A stretch of DNA of 64,000 bases from Candidatus Nomurabacteria bacterium. Its GTDB lineage: Bacteria > Patescibacteriota > Minisyncoccia > Phycocordibacterales > CALRBL01. Shown here one piece after another: positions 1 to 10,863 of this stretch (positions are counted from its first letter, which is position 1; the number at the start of each line of letters is the position of its first letter). Position numbers and translations under genes: made by a program. Below the pieces are notes generated by a model that saw only the letters and a list, made by a program, of their open reading frames with translations, had not been told where the DNA came from and ran no database searches. The stretch spans positions 37,999-101,998 of the forward strand of contig CAWIDS010000003.1 of the NCBI GenBank assembly GCA_963834935.1. The letters are read 5' to 3'.

Positions 1-1959
1 AAGCGGAGATTCGCCCGTGCCTGACGGCTCATATGATTTCACTTTAGGAAGAATGACAGGCAGATCCTTTTCCTTCACCGGAATGATTGTACCATCCTCG
101 GCATGGAATACTGGAATCGGCTCGCCCCAATAACGCTGCCGAGAAAAAACCCAGTCGCGGAGCTTATAGTTGACCTTGCGGGTTCCAAATCCTCCCTCGA
201 CTATGTGATTGATGATGTCCTGCCGCACTTCTCCCCATTTTCTTCCTTTGAATTTTGAAGGTTCAAGCATTATTCCGTTCCAATCCCTCGCGTAGCAGAC
301 CTCAAGATTTTTTACTTTCTGAGCTAAGACGGGATCTGCAGGAACAGTGACCACCCTGAGAGGTATGTCATATTTCTTTGCAAAAGCAAAATCACGCTCA
401 TCATGGGCGCTGCAATTGACGATTCCTGTTCCGTAATCCGATAAGACATATGATGCGATCCAGATAGGCAGATCCCTTCCTGTATCGGCAAAACTTTCTA
501 TATATCTACCGGTAAAGATTCCTTCCATGTCTTTCTCAACATCGAATTTATTCTGGGCTTTTTTCTGCTTCAGCTTGGCCACGAATTCCATCACTTTCTT
601 TTCATGAGGAGTATCTTTGACTAATTCCTCGATGAGCGGATGATCCGGCGCAATAGCAGTGAACGTTTCGGCATGATATGACTGCGGCACTGAGTTATAC
701 ATCTCAACTCTTATATCGAGATCTTTTACCTTGCATTTGAAATTGACTCCTTCGCTTCTTCCAATCCAATTCCTTTGGCTTTCCTTTATCGATTCTGGCC
801 AGTCAAGAAGCGGTTTTGGAAATCCTTTTTTCGGATCTTTGAGGCGCTCGAGCCAGATAGGTAATTCCGAATTAACCATCTTGCCCGGAACGAAATCAGC
901 TTCGTCGATCCACAGGATTTCATTATCCTTGTCTTCATCGGCGCCGATCGAGACTTTCTTGTAGCTTTTCAATTCAAGATAGACGCCGGTGGCGATCGCT
1001 ACCCTGTTCTCGCCTTTATGCTTGGTGTAATACGAAGCCTTGGTCGGGCCACCGAGAATGCGTTTGAATTCGACATCGACATAACCTGTCTCCTCCTTCA
1101 ATTCGCGGAAAACCGTATCTTTTGCGGTTTCGTCTTCTTCAATTCCGCCGATCACTACCGTATCCCAGCCGAATTTCTTGTTGCGGATGATCAGGTATTT
1201 CTTAGTCTTTGGATCGAAGACGATCGCATGAGCGACCTTTCGGATGACAAGCGGTTTTCCCGGCTGATGCGGATTGACCTTGTCGACTAGTTCCGGCATT
1301 TCATATTCGGTCGCATCCAGATCCTTGAGCAAGCGGTCTGCATAGTCGGTGATTTTCAAGATCCACTGGCGCATCATCTTTTTCTCGACAAGCGCTCCGC
1401 ACCGCTCGCAGCGGCCGTTCTCCACGTCTTCATTGGCCAGGCCTGTCATGTCTACCGGACACCAGTTGATAGGCTCGTACGCTTCGTAGGCCAAGCCTTT
1501 CTCAAGCAATTTCAAGAATATCCATTGCGTCCATTTATAATATTTCGGATCAGTGGTATTCACCTCGCGCGACCAATCGTAATCGAAGCCAAGAATTTCC
1601 AATTGCTTCTTGTAGTGCGCGACATTTTTCGCTACACCGACAGCTGGATTGGTCTTGGTCTTGATTGCATAGTTTTCCGCAGGCAATCCGAAGGCATCGA
1701 AACCCATCGGATGCAAGACATTAAAGCCTTGCATTCGCTTCATGCGCGAGATGACATCAGTGGCAATATATCCTTTCGGATGGCCGACATGAAGGCCTTC
1801 TCCGGACGGATATGGAAACATATCGAGGATATAGCATTTCTCTTTTTTGCCCTCCTCAGCTGTCTTGTAGATTTTCTTCTTTTCCCAGTCTTTCTGCCAC
1901 TTCTTCTCTATCTTGAAAGGGTCATATGATGAGCGGGACACCGGAGTTTTTTTCTTCAT
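1..1959 (-). CDS. leuS: Leucine--tRNA ligase (N-terminal part, runs off window) with inserted Nudix domain
   Basis: Not in the ORF track; hand translation gives MKKKTP..., HIGH-type motif GLHVGH, RQWILKITDYADRLL, DWPESIKESQRNWIG, KLRDWVFSRQRYWGE. Confidence 0.97.
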   Translation of the reverse strand, partial: MKKKTPVSRSSYDPFKIEKKWQKDWEKKKIYKTAEEGKKEKCYILDMFPYPSGEGLHVGHPKGYIATDVISRMKRMQGFNVLHPMGFDAFGLPAENYAIKTKTNPAVGVAKNVAHYKKQLEILGFDYDWSREVNTTDPKYYKWTQWIFLKLLEKGLAYEAYEPINWCPVDMTGLANEDVENGRCERCGALVEKKMMRQWILKITDYADRLLKDLDATEYEMPELVDKVNPHQPGKPLVIRKVAHAIVFDPKTKKYLIIRNKKFGWDTVVIGGIEEDETAKDTVFRELKEETGYVDVEFKRILGGPTKASYYTKHKGENRVAIATGVYLELKSYKKVSIGADEDKDNEILWIDEADFVPGKMVNSELPIWLERLKDPKKGFPKPLLDWPESIKESQRNWIGRSEGVNFKCKVKDLDIRVEMYNSVPQSYHAETFTAIAPDHPLIEELVKDTPHEKKVMEFVAKLKQKKAQNKFDVEKDMEGIFTGRYIESFADTGRDLPIWIASYVLSDYGTGIVNCSAHDERDFAFAKKYDIPLRVVTVPADPVLAQKVKNLEVCYARDWNGIMLEPSKFKGRKWGEVRQDIINHIVEGGFGTRKVNYKLRDWVFSRQRYWGEPIPVFHAEDGTIIPVKEKDLPVILPKVKSYEPSGTGESPL

Positions 1960-2141
1960 AAGTGTAATTATCATACACTAGAGGGAGTAATGTAGACAAA
2001 TGTATTTTTATCAGATTGCCTGGAATTGGGCACTTTCTTTTTCAAAAGAAGAAAGACAGCAAAAATTTGAAGAACTATTGAAGGTCACTATTTAATACTT
2101 ACAACTTGACTTATGTATATATTTGTGGTTTACTCACATAG

Positions 2142-2408
2142 ATGAAACCTATTGTTCTTATACAGACTGGCGACCGTAGTATGGTTGTCATTTTACCATT
2201 GACCCCCGATTCCCATTCAGATGAAAGCTGGAGTCAAATGGAAAACTTGATCAAGGATGCCTGTGTCGGAGCATTCGACACGGATATGCCCTTGGAAATC
2301 GAGATGGTTGAAGCAATCGTTGAAAAACATCCTGAATGGAAATGCTGGGCACTTGAGTGTATTTCGATTTCCATACAGAGCCTCGATGATGATGAAGATT
2401 TTGGCTAA
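2142..2408 (+). CDS. Hypothetical acidic protein, 88 aa
   Basis: ORF fills the gap between leuS and uvrB; TTGACT-like promoter in AT-rich upstream region. Confidence 0.55.
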   Translation: MKPIVLIQTGDRSMVVILPLTPDSHSDESWSQMENLIKDACVGAFDTDMPLEIEMVEAIVEKHPEWKCWALECISISIQSLDDDEDFG

Positions 2409-2477
2409 TAAACATCTGCACAAAAAGCAACATTTTTTAATATTTCCTGACCAGTCAAGTTGGTCAGGATTTTTTAT

Positions 2478-4613
2478 TTATCCCCTGCCATACTCCTTTC
2501 TGCCTTTAATTCCCTTGTTCTCGTCCTTTTTTTCTTTCTTGTCGCGCTTCACTTTGTTGTCCATCCTTTCTACAATCGCTTTTATTTCATCGCGAAGTAT
2601 CGCAGCAGTTTCAAAATCCAGATCCTTCACCGCTTCGCTCATCTGCTTTTCTTTTTCCTTAATGAGCTTGGCTGGATTTTTCTGGTAGGCCTCTTCATCG
2701 AGCTTCAAAAGAGTTTTTATGGTCTTCTCATGCTCACTCTGAATCTCTTCGGTGATATCTTTGATTTTTTTGATGATAGTTGTCGGAGTAATCCCATGTT
2801 CCTTGTTGTAGGCAAGCTGGATAGTGCGACGACGCTCGGTTTCTTTCATGGCTTTCTCCATCGAATTGGTAATCTTGTCGGCATAGAGAATGACGCGGCC
2901 TTCCGAATTTCTGGCTGCACGACCGATGGTCTGAATGAGCGCTTGTTCCGAACGGAGGAAGCCTTCCTTGTCCGCGTCGAGGATGCCTATAAGCGCCACT
3001 TCGGGAAGATCCAATCCTTCGCGAAGAAGGTTCACTCCGACAAGCACGTCGAATGTGCCTTTACGGAGCTCGGTCAAGATGCGAATGCGATCAAGCGTCT
3101 CGATATCGCTATGCAGATACTCCGCCTTTATCTTCTTTTCCTTCAGATACTCGCTTAAATCTTCTGCCATTTTCTTAGTAAGCGTCGTTGCAATCACCCT
3201 GAAGCCTTTCTTGATCACCTCGAGCGCTTCTTCGGTGAAATCGATCACCTGGCCAAGGTATTTCTTGTCAGTAGTACTGACGATCGGCTTGACGGAAATG
3301 ATCGGATCGACAAGACCTGTCGGACGGATGATCTGCTCCGCAATGTTTTGGCTTTTTTCGAATTCGTATTTGCCTGGAGTAGCCGAAGTATAGATAGCTT
3401 GACCGATTTTTTTCTCAAATTCCTCGAACTTGAGAGGGCGGTTATCACGAGCAGATGGCAATCGAAAGCCGAATTCGATGAGGCTTTGCTTTCGCGAAGC
3501 GTCTCCGGCATACATTCCGCCTATCTGCGGAATGGTGACGTGTGACTCGTCGATGATGGTCAGGAAATCCGCACTGCCATCGGCATTATGGGGAAAATAT
3601 GAAAGCAGCGAATCGGGTGCTTCTCCGGGAGCCTTGCCCGAAAAATGCCGGGAATAGTTCTCTATGCCGTTGCAATAGCCGACTTCCTTGATCAGCGCGA
3701 GGTCGTAATTGGTTCGGCGCTTCAGGCGGTCAGCTTCGAGTATCTTGCCTTCAGCTGCCAATTCTTTCAGCCTCCTGTCGAGTTCGGCTTTGATGTCCTT
3801 GATTGCACGGATGCGCTCGTCTTCCGGCGTGACGAAATGCTTTGCAGGAAACAAGAAGAAGACGGGGACCTCCTCGACGATCCTGCGGGTTATTTCGTCT
3901 ATCTTGAAGACGCTTTGTATCACGCTTTCGCCTTTGACAGTTGCGCCGAATTCAACTTTGTAGATCACCCGTTCGGATGTCGGCATGATTTCTATTTTGT
4001 TTCCCATCGCCCGGAACGTTCCCGGACTCAAATCTGCATTGGTACGCGTAAAGTAGATGGAAATGAGCCGGCGGATGAACTCTGCGCGGTCGGTCTTTGC
4101 GCCTGCCTGTATTTTCATATTGACTTTCTGATATTCCACAGGACTTCCCAAGCCGTAGATGCAAGAAACGGACGCGACGATAATCACGTCATTGCGACTA
4201 AGAAGCGCTTGAGTAGAAGCATGGCGCAGTCGGTCAATTTCCTCATTTATCTGCGCTTCCTTCTCTATATATGTGTCAGTCGTCGGCATGTAGGCTTCCG
4301 GCTGGTAGTAGTCGTAATAGGAAACAAAGTAGTGGACGGCATTATCTGGAAAGAATTCCCGATATTCCTGAGCAAGCTGGGCCGCGAGAGTTTTGTTGTG
4401 GGCAATCACCAGCGTCGGCTTGCCGACATGAGCAATCACATTCGCCACAGTGAAAGTCTTTCCGCTGCCTGTCACTCCGAGCAATGTCTGATGCCTGTAG
4501 CTTCGCTCGATACCTTCAATGAGGCTCTCAATAGCCTTTGGCTGATCCCCTGCGGGAGCAAATCGGGTGGAAATCTTGAATAGGTTTTCTTTTTTCTGCT
4601 CTTTTTTTGCCAT
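2478..4613 (-). CDS. uvrB: Excinuclease ABC subunit B
   Basis: GVTGSGKT, YYDYYQPEAY, DESH, C-terminal UVR motif FETAAILRD. Confidence 0.99.
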   Translation of the reverse strand: MAKKEQKKENLFKISTRFAPAGDQPKAIESLIEGIERSYRHQTLLGVTGSGKTFTVANVIAHVGKPTLVIAHNKTLAAQLAQEYREFFPDNAVHYFVSYYDYYQPEAYMPTTDTYIEKEAQINEEIDRLRHASTQALLSRNDVIIVASVSCIYGLGSPVEYQKVNMKIQAGAKTDRAEFIRRLISIYFTRTNADLSPGTFRAMGNKIEIMPTSERVIYKVEFGATVKGESVIQSVFKIDEITRRIVEEVPVFFLFPAKHFVTPEDERIRAIKDIKAELDRRLKELAAEGKILEADRLKRRTNYDLALIKEVGYCNGIENYSRHFSGKAPGEAPDSLLSYFPHNADGSADFLTIIDESHVTIPQIGGMYAGDASRKQSLIEFGFRLPSARDNRPLKFEEFEKKIGQAIYTSATPGKYEFEKSQNIAEQIIRPTGLVDPIISVKPIVSTTDKKYLGQVIDFTEEALEVIKKGFRVIATTLTKKMAEDLSEYLKEKKIKAEYLHSDIETLDRIRILTELRKGTFDVLVGVNLLREGLDLPEVALIGILDADKEGFLRSEQALIQTIGRAARNSEGRVILYADKITNSMEKAMKETERRRTIQLAYNKEHGITPTTIIKKIKDITEEIQSEHEKTIKTLLKLDEEAYQKNPAKLIKEKEKQMSEAVKDLDFETAAILRDEIKAIVERMDNKVKRDKKEKKDENKGIKGRKEYGRG

Positions 4614-4673
4614 TACTTAACTATACACTTTTTTGCTTTTTCGTGCTAAAAAGGGTGCTGAAAGGAACAACTT

Positions 4674-4835
4674 ATGGCAGGAACATTAAACGTAACGGAA
4701 ACAGACCAGGGAACAGGAGAAGCGCCTTTGGATCGCATTCCAGGCGAAGACCCGGACGAAACAGCAGATTGCTCTGGCGACGGAGCAGAATGTCCGCTTG
4801 GCACGGTAGTAGTCCGGACGGATCAAAAGGAATGA
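4674..4835 (+). CDS. Small acidic protein, 53 aa (MAGTLNVTETDQG...DCSGDGAECPLG...QKE)
   Basis: Hand-found ORF; AAAGGA ribosome-binding site upstream; intrinsic terminator directly downstream. Confidence 0.55.
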   Translation: MAGTLNVTETDQGTGEAPLDRIPGEDPDETADCSGDGAECPLGTVVVRTDQKE

Positions 4836-4846
4836 TATTCCGACTT

Positions 4847-4875
4847 GCGCAACCTCACGTAGGTTGCGCTTTTTT
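4847..4875 (+). terminator. Intrinsic terminator
   Basis: GCGCAACCT-cacgt-AGGTTGCGC followed by T-run. Confidence 0.8.
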
Positions 4876-4880
4876 GCAAT

Positions 4881-4905
4881 AAAAAAGCCCCTTCATGCTA
4901 GGGGC
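4881..4905 (-). terminator. Intrinsic terminator for GNAT gene
   Basis: A6 then GCCCCT...AGGGGC hairpin. Confidence 0.6.
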
Positions 4906-4924
4906 GCTGGTTCAACAGCTTTCA

Positions 4925-5398
4925 TCACTTCTTTTTTCGTGGCAGCCTTTCCTGCTTGATCTTAAGACGGAACACGATTTTCGGCCGGAGCTTGAAACCA
5001 AGAACGAGAGCGATATCCCTCAATTCATCATCATACTCGTTTACCTTCATCTCAACGTATCGATAGGCATTGCCTTGCAGGCTATCCCTGATCGATTCGA
5101 GGAGGCGTTTCCTGATGGCGAGGGTGTCAAGTCCCTTCATGACAACCAGGTTCCTTATTTCCGTGCAAGTGTGACCGAGCGGGTTAGAAGGAAGAATGAC
5201 TGCCATTCCTACAATGTTATCATCCATGCGTGCTATGAAGACGCGCAAGGATGCCATGTGCTCACGAAGCTGTTTGAGGCTCGTGATTTCGGATGCTTCA
5301 GAGTGTTGAAGGCGTAGCAGCTTGTTGATCTGCCGTACCGTGTCTTCTCTGGCATCAAGTGGGTATAGTCGTCCCACATCGACAGTTCCAGTGAACAT
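4925..5398 (-). CDS. GNAT-fold acetyltransferase-like protein
   Basis: VFIARMDDNIVGMAV, IRNLVV, C-terminal LGFK pattern; acetyl-CoA loop looks degenerate. Confidence 0.6.
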   Translation of the reverse strand: MFTGTVDVGRLYPLDAREDTVRQINKLLRLQHSEASEITSLKQLREHMASLRVFIARMDDNIVGMAVILPSNPLGHTCTEIRNLVVMKGLDTLAIRKRLLESIRDSLQGNAYRYVEMKVNEYDDELRDIALVLGFKLRPKIVFRLKIKQERLPRKKK

Positions 5399-5432
5399 AC
5401 TAGCTGGACTTTATAACTCAACAGAATCAAAG

Positions 5433-6641
5433 TCAATCTTTCAAATAGTTTCCCAGAAAAGCCTCCTTGTACTCCTCGAAATTGCCGTCCAGAATGCTTT
5501 GCCTCATGCCATCGACCAGATTGATTATGAAATGGAGATTATGCACCGAAGCTAGCGTGCAGCCGAGCATTTCCTTGGCGCGGAAAAGGTGAGCGATATA
5601 TGCTTTGGTGTAATGGGTGCATGTATGACAATTACAGCCTGCCTGAATCGGAGAAAAATCTTCGCGGTATGACGTATTCAAGATATGAATCTTGCCAGCC
5701 GATGTATATAAAGTGCCGGAGCGGCCTGTGCGCGTCGGGCCGACACAATCGAAAAGGTCGCAGCCATTCTCCACCGCCATAAAGAGGTCTTCCGGCTCGC
5801 CGATGCCAAGAAGGTGCCGCGGCTTGTCCTCCGGCAATACTTCATTGACCCACTTTACAGCTGTCGACATGTCTTCTTTGGCGAAGGACCCGCCGATGCC
5901 GAAGCCATCGAAATCCATCGTCCCTATTATCTCCGCGCTTTCCTTGCGCAGCTTCTCGTGTCTTCCGCCTTGGACGATTCCAAAAAGGGCCGGCCCGCTT
6001 CCGTTTTCCTTTTTCAATTCATCATGGCGCACCAAGCTCCTCCGCGCCCAGCGATGTGTCCGATCAAGCGCCTGACGCTGGTAAGCAAATGGCTCGTGGG
6101 GCGAAGTGCATTCGTCAAAAGCAAAGATAATGTCTGCTCCGAGATTATGCTGAATCTCCACCGAACGCTCGGGAGTGAAGTAGTGCGCGTCGCCGCTCAA
6201 ATGCGAGCGGAACATCACGCCATCGTGGTCAATCTTCACCAGCTTTGGCATGGTATCTTCCGGAAGCTGCGCAAGCAAAGGCTCTTCAGAGGGCTTCAGC
6301 AGCTTGCCTATTCCCTTTCCGTATGCAGCACCGAGAGAAAAAACCTGGAAGCCTCCTGAGTCGGTCATCGTCGGGCCATGCCAATTCATGAACTTGCCAA
6401 GGCCGCCTGCCTTTTTTACCTTCTCGTCGCCAGGCTCAAGAAAAAGGTGGTAAGTGTTGGCGAGCACCACCTGCGCGCCGGCGTCTGCAACTTGTTCAGG
6501 CGAAAGGCCTTTGACAGTCGCTTTGGTTCCTACTGTCACGAATGCAGGCGTCTTGATAATCCCGTTCGATGTCGAAATTTCTCCGGCACGGCCTAGTGTC
6601 CCTTCCAGTCTCTTATGTATGGAGAATTTAAAAACCGACAT
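5433..6641 (-). CDS. tgt: tRNA-guanine transglycosylase
   Basis: TPAFVTVGT, TDSGGFQ, DEC, GIVQGG, Zn site CNCHTC...H. Confidence 0.97.
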   Translation of the reverse strand: MSVFKFSIHKRLEGTLGRAGEISTSNGIIKTPAFVTVGTKATVKGLSPEQVADAGAQVVLANTYHLFLEPGDEKVKKAGGLGKFMNWHGPTMTDSGGFQVFSLGAAYGKGIGKLLKPSEEPLLAQLPEDTMPKLVKIDHDGVMFRSHLSGDAHYFTPERSVEIQHNLGADIIFAFDECTSPHEPFAYQRQALDRTHRWARRSLVRHDELKKENGSGPALFGIVQGGRHEKLRKESAEIIGTMDFDGFGIGGSFAKEDMSTAVKWVNEVLPEDKPRHLLGIGEPEDLFMAVENGCDLFDCVGPTRTGRSGTLYTSAGKIHILNTSYREDFSPIQAGCNCHTCTHYTKAYIAHLFRAKEMLGCTLASVHNLHFIINLVDGMRQSILDGNFEEYKEAFLGNYLKD

Positions 6642-7180
6642 TATTTGATGCTGACCAGCTCAATCTCGAAAATCAATGTCGAATTCGCAGGAATAGTTCC
6701 GGTCGACGTAGGCACTGCCTGATTGCCGTATCCGAGAGCTGGCGGAATGATCAGCTTTCGCTTTCCTCCAACTTTCATGCCAACAACTCCTTCATCCCAT
6801 CCTTTGATCACCTGACCCACTCCGAGCGTGAATGGCAGAGGCTGGTTCCTGTCATACGAGCTGTCGAATTTCGTACCATCCTCGAGCGTTCCGACATAAT
6901 TCATCTCAAGCTGATCCCCAGCTTTGGCTGCGGGACCTGTTCCTATCTGTTCGTCCTGGATAATAAGGCCATCAGGAAGCGTTGTTGGTTCGTTCATGTT
7001 TGTGGTTGTTGTTGCTTGTGCTGTTAATGCTGCCGATGTCGCCGCTTGATTCGTATCCGGCGCCGACACTACTGTTGGTCCCATCGAATTCTGGTAAAGG
7101 CTATATCCGCCTAAAGCGATGCCAACGGCGATAAGGGCGATGACGATCGCTATCCATTTATTTTTCTCTGTTGTGTTCAT
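6641..7180 (-). CDS. FKBP-type peptidyl-prolyl isomerase, membrane-anchored
   Basis: FDSSYDR, VIKGWDEG, IPPALGYG, IPANSTLIFEIEL; start moved to MNTTEK (TATCAT-N6-ATG). Confidence 0.95.
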   Translation of the reverse strand: MNTTEKNKWIAIVIALIAVGIALGGYSLYQNSMGPTVVSAPDTNQAATSAALTAQATTTTNMNEPTTLPDGLIIQDEQIGTGPAAKAGDQLEMNYVGTLEDGTKFDSSYDRNQPLPFTLGVGQVIKGWDEGVVGMKVGGKRKLIIPPALGYGNQAVPTSTGTIPANSTLIFEIELVSIK

Positions 7181-7222
7181 GAAAATATGATACCATATCA
7201 TTCTACTAATTAAGAAATATAA

Positions 7223-8509
<1,287 letters not shown>

Positions 8510-8515
8510 GCAAAT

Positions 8516-8538
8516 AAAAAAACCGTCATAAAGACGGT
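8516..8538 (-). terminator. Intrinsic terminator between convergent genes
   Basis: A-run then ACCGTC-ataaa-GACGGT. Confidence 0.6.
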
Positions 8539-9026
8539 CAGAGATTATCCATTAGCTCCGCAGCATCCATGCGAAGTATCTCCGCCCATTTCATTTTCCA
8601 CTCCCATACCCTTCGGAAATCCTTGAGGTAGAAGTATCCATCGGAAAGCATTATCACATCCTTGTGCTCGGTGGTTTCATTTGACACTTCGTCATCATAG
8701 TAAACCACGGCAAGCGAAAATGCAGCCGTAATCATGCGAGTAGCCTTGTTGGCAAAAATTGTCGGTAGAAGATTGAAGTATTCCGCTGTCCTCCCGGCCG
8801 AAAAATCAATCCTGAAATTGATTCTCCGGCTTTTTTCCATCTTATGACCGATAATCACGCCGTCTTGGTTTACAAGCCACAAAAAGCCGTCGAAACGCTT
8901 CTTGAAAGCTATGATTGCCTTAGGCGTGATGTCGGGATTGTATGTTGCGTCATCAGCGCTAAAACTGGCATTGAAAAGGTACGTGCACTGCTCGGTAGCA
9001 GAAGGTTCTCTTGGCTTATTTTTCAT
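8538..9026 (-). CDS. Hypothetical protein, 162 aa
   Basis: ORF after holB; AGGAG upstream; terminator downstream. Confidence 0.6.
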   Translation of the reverse strand: MKNKPREPSATEQCTYLFNASFSADDATYNPDITPKAIIAFKKRFDGFLWLVNQDGVIIGHKMEKSRRINFRIDFSAGRTAEYFNLLPTIFANKATRMITAAFSLAVVYYDDEVSNETTEHKDVIMLSDGYFYLKDFRRVWEWKMKWAEILRMDAAELMDNL

Positions 9027-9048
9027 ATGAGAAGGTTTCTCCTCCTAT

Positions 9049-9720
9049 CTAAGCACATAATGCCAGATACTCCAAGATAAGCTTAACCGATGAAGACTGG
9101 TCGAGGGCATAGGAAGCAACTTTTGACGAAAAACCGAGCGATTTGAATTCCTCGATGTTCTTTATCTGGCTATGTTTAGTTTTAACGACTTCCTGAATAA
9201 AAGAAAAGACATCTGATTTTGATATTTTCTCCTTTTCAAGGTCTGAAAGAATATCCTTTACGACGGCGAGACGCTTCGGTATCGGCAACAAAATAAAATC
9301 TCCAGCACCAAAGGCAAGTGAGGCGGCTTTTTCGCCAGAAAAATAAATGACACGGCAACGCGAGAGTATAGTCGGCAGTATCCTCTTGATCGAAGGAATA
9401 AGGATAAAAAAATAAGTGCCTTCAGTAGGTTCTTCAAGCGTCTTAAGCAAGGCATTCCCTGCCTCTCGGGTCATCGAATTCAAGCTAATGATGAAAATTC
9501 TCTTGCCTGTGCCGACTGCCCGGCGCGAAGCCTGCTCCTTTATGTTTCGCGCGTCTTCTATGGCAAAGGTACCAAAAGTACTTGTCAGAAAATCAGGGTT
9601 GTTTTCTATGTTAATGCCATGTTCCTTCTTCAGGATCTTGAGCAGCTTCACATGGGATGAGCGCGCATCCCCTTCGATGAGATACGCATGGTGCAATGGG
9701 ATGAAATCTGAAAGATTCAT
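9049..9720 (-). CDS. holB: DNA polymerase III delta-prime-like subunit
   Basis: HHAYLIEG, NALLKTLEEP, LPTILSRC. Confidence 0.85.
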   Translation of the reverse strand: MNLSDFIPLHHAYLIEGDARSSHVKLLKILKKEHGINIENNPDFLTSTFGTFAIEDARNIKEQASRRAVGTGKRIFIISLNSMTREAGNALLKTLEEPTEGTYFFILIPSIKRILPTILSRCRVIYFSGEKAASLAFGAGDFILLPIPKRLAVVKDILSDLEKEKISKSDVFSFIQEVVKTKHSQIKNIEEFKSLGFSSKVASYALDQSSSVKLILEYLALCA

Positions 9721-9734
9721 TTTATCTTTTTATT

Positions 9735-10745
9735 TTACCGTTTCGAAATGACGCTTTTCTTGTAGACGTCGAGATGCTCAAGGGCGATGCCGGTGCCTTT
9801 TGCCACGCAGTAAAGCGCGTCGTCAGCTAGGACGGCTTTCACGCCCGTGCGGCGGAATACCAATTCGGGAAGGTTGCGCAGGAGTGATGAGCCGCCGGTC
9901 ATGATGATGCCGTGGTCGATGATGTCTGATGCGAGCTCAGGAGGAGTCTCCTGCAAGACATCCTTTATCGCCTTTATCATCTCACGAAGCTCCTTGGTGA
10001 TAGCTTTGACCACTTCATTAGTCTTTACCTCGATCGAGCGCGGAAGGCCGGTCATCAGATCGCGTCCTTTCACCATCATCGACAACTCTTCTTCCATAGG
10101 AACGGCTGATCCTATCTTTATTTTTATGTCTTCCGCCGTCTTGTCTCCAACTGAAAGGTTGTAGGTCTTCTTGATATGGTCAGTAATGGCATAATCGATG
10201 CGATTGCCGGCACATTTCACCGAAGTGGAAGCGACGATGCCTCCGAGAGAGATCACGGCGACGTCGGTAGTGCCTCCGCCGATATCGACGATCATGTGGC
10301 CGATAGCTTCCTGGATGGAAATGCCCGCGCCGATCGCAGCGAGAATCGGTTCCTTCACGACATACGCATTCTTGGCTCCTGCCTTGATTGCGGCTTCGAT
10401 GACGGCCCGGCGTTCAGTGGAAGTGACTCCAGCCGGAACGGATATCATCACTTCCGGCCGCGAGAAATTCCATTTGCCGAGAGCCTTGTTCATGTAATAG
10501 CGAAGCATCGCTTCGGTCACGCGGTAGTCGGCAATTACGCCATCTTTCATGGGGCGATAGGCGACAATAGAATCAGGCGTCCTGCCTATCATTTCCTTGG
10601 CCTCAAGGCCGACTGCAAGGATCTTATTGTCCTCGGATACGGCCACTACTGACGGCTCATTAAGCACAATTCCCTTGCCGGGCAGAAAAACCAGCGTATT
10701 CGCCGTTCCAAGGTCGATACCTATCTTTTTAGTGAAGAATGCCAT
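9735..10745 (-). CDS. mreB: Rod shape-determining protein MreB
   Basis: IGIDLGTANT, DIGGGTT, TGGSSLL. Confidence 0.98.
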   Translation of the reverse strand: MAFFTKKIGIDLGTANTLVFLPGKGIVLNEPSVVAVSEDNKILAVGLEAKEMIGRTPDSIVAYRPMKDGVIADYRVTEAMLRYYMNKALGKWNFSRPEVMISVPAGVTSTERRAVIEAAIKAGAKNAYVVKEPILAAIGAGISIQEAIGHMIVDIGGGTTDVAVISLGGIVASTSVKCAGNRIDYAITDHIKKTYNLSVGDKTAEDIKIKIGSAVPMEEELSMMVKGRDLMTGLPRSIEVKTNEVVKAITKELREMIKAIKDVLQETPPELASDIIDHGIIMTGGSSLLRNLPELVFRRTGVKAVLADDALYCVAKGTGIALEHLDVYKKSVISKR

Positions 10746-10863
10746 GGGTACAGTCTAAGGTTAAAACGAGTAAATGTAAAACATGGCGTTCAATCGCCCT
10801 CATTGTCAGAAAACAGGCTGTGTCTTATAATATTTGCATACTTATAAATTAACTTAATAAAAA

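Noticed and set aside
2460-4583. Long + strand ORFs opposite uvrB (and similar shadow ORFs throughout)
   Set aside because: Antisense shadows of well-supported genes, with no recognisable motifs
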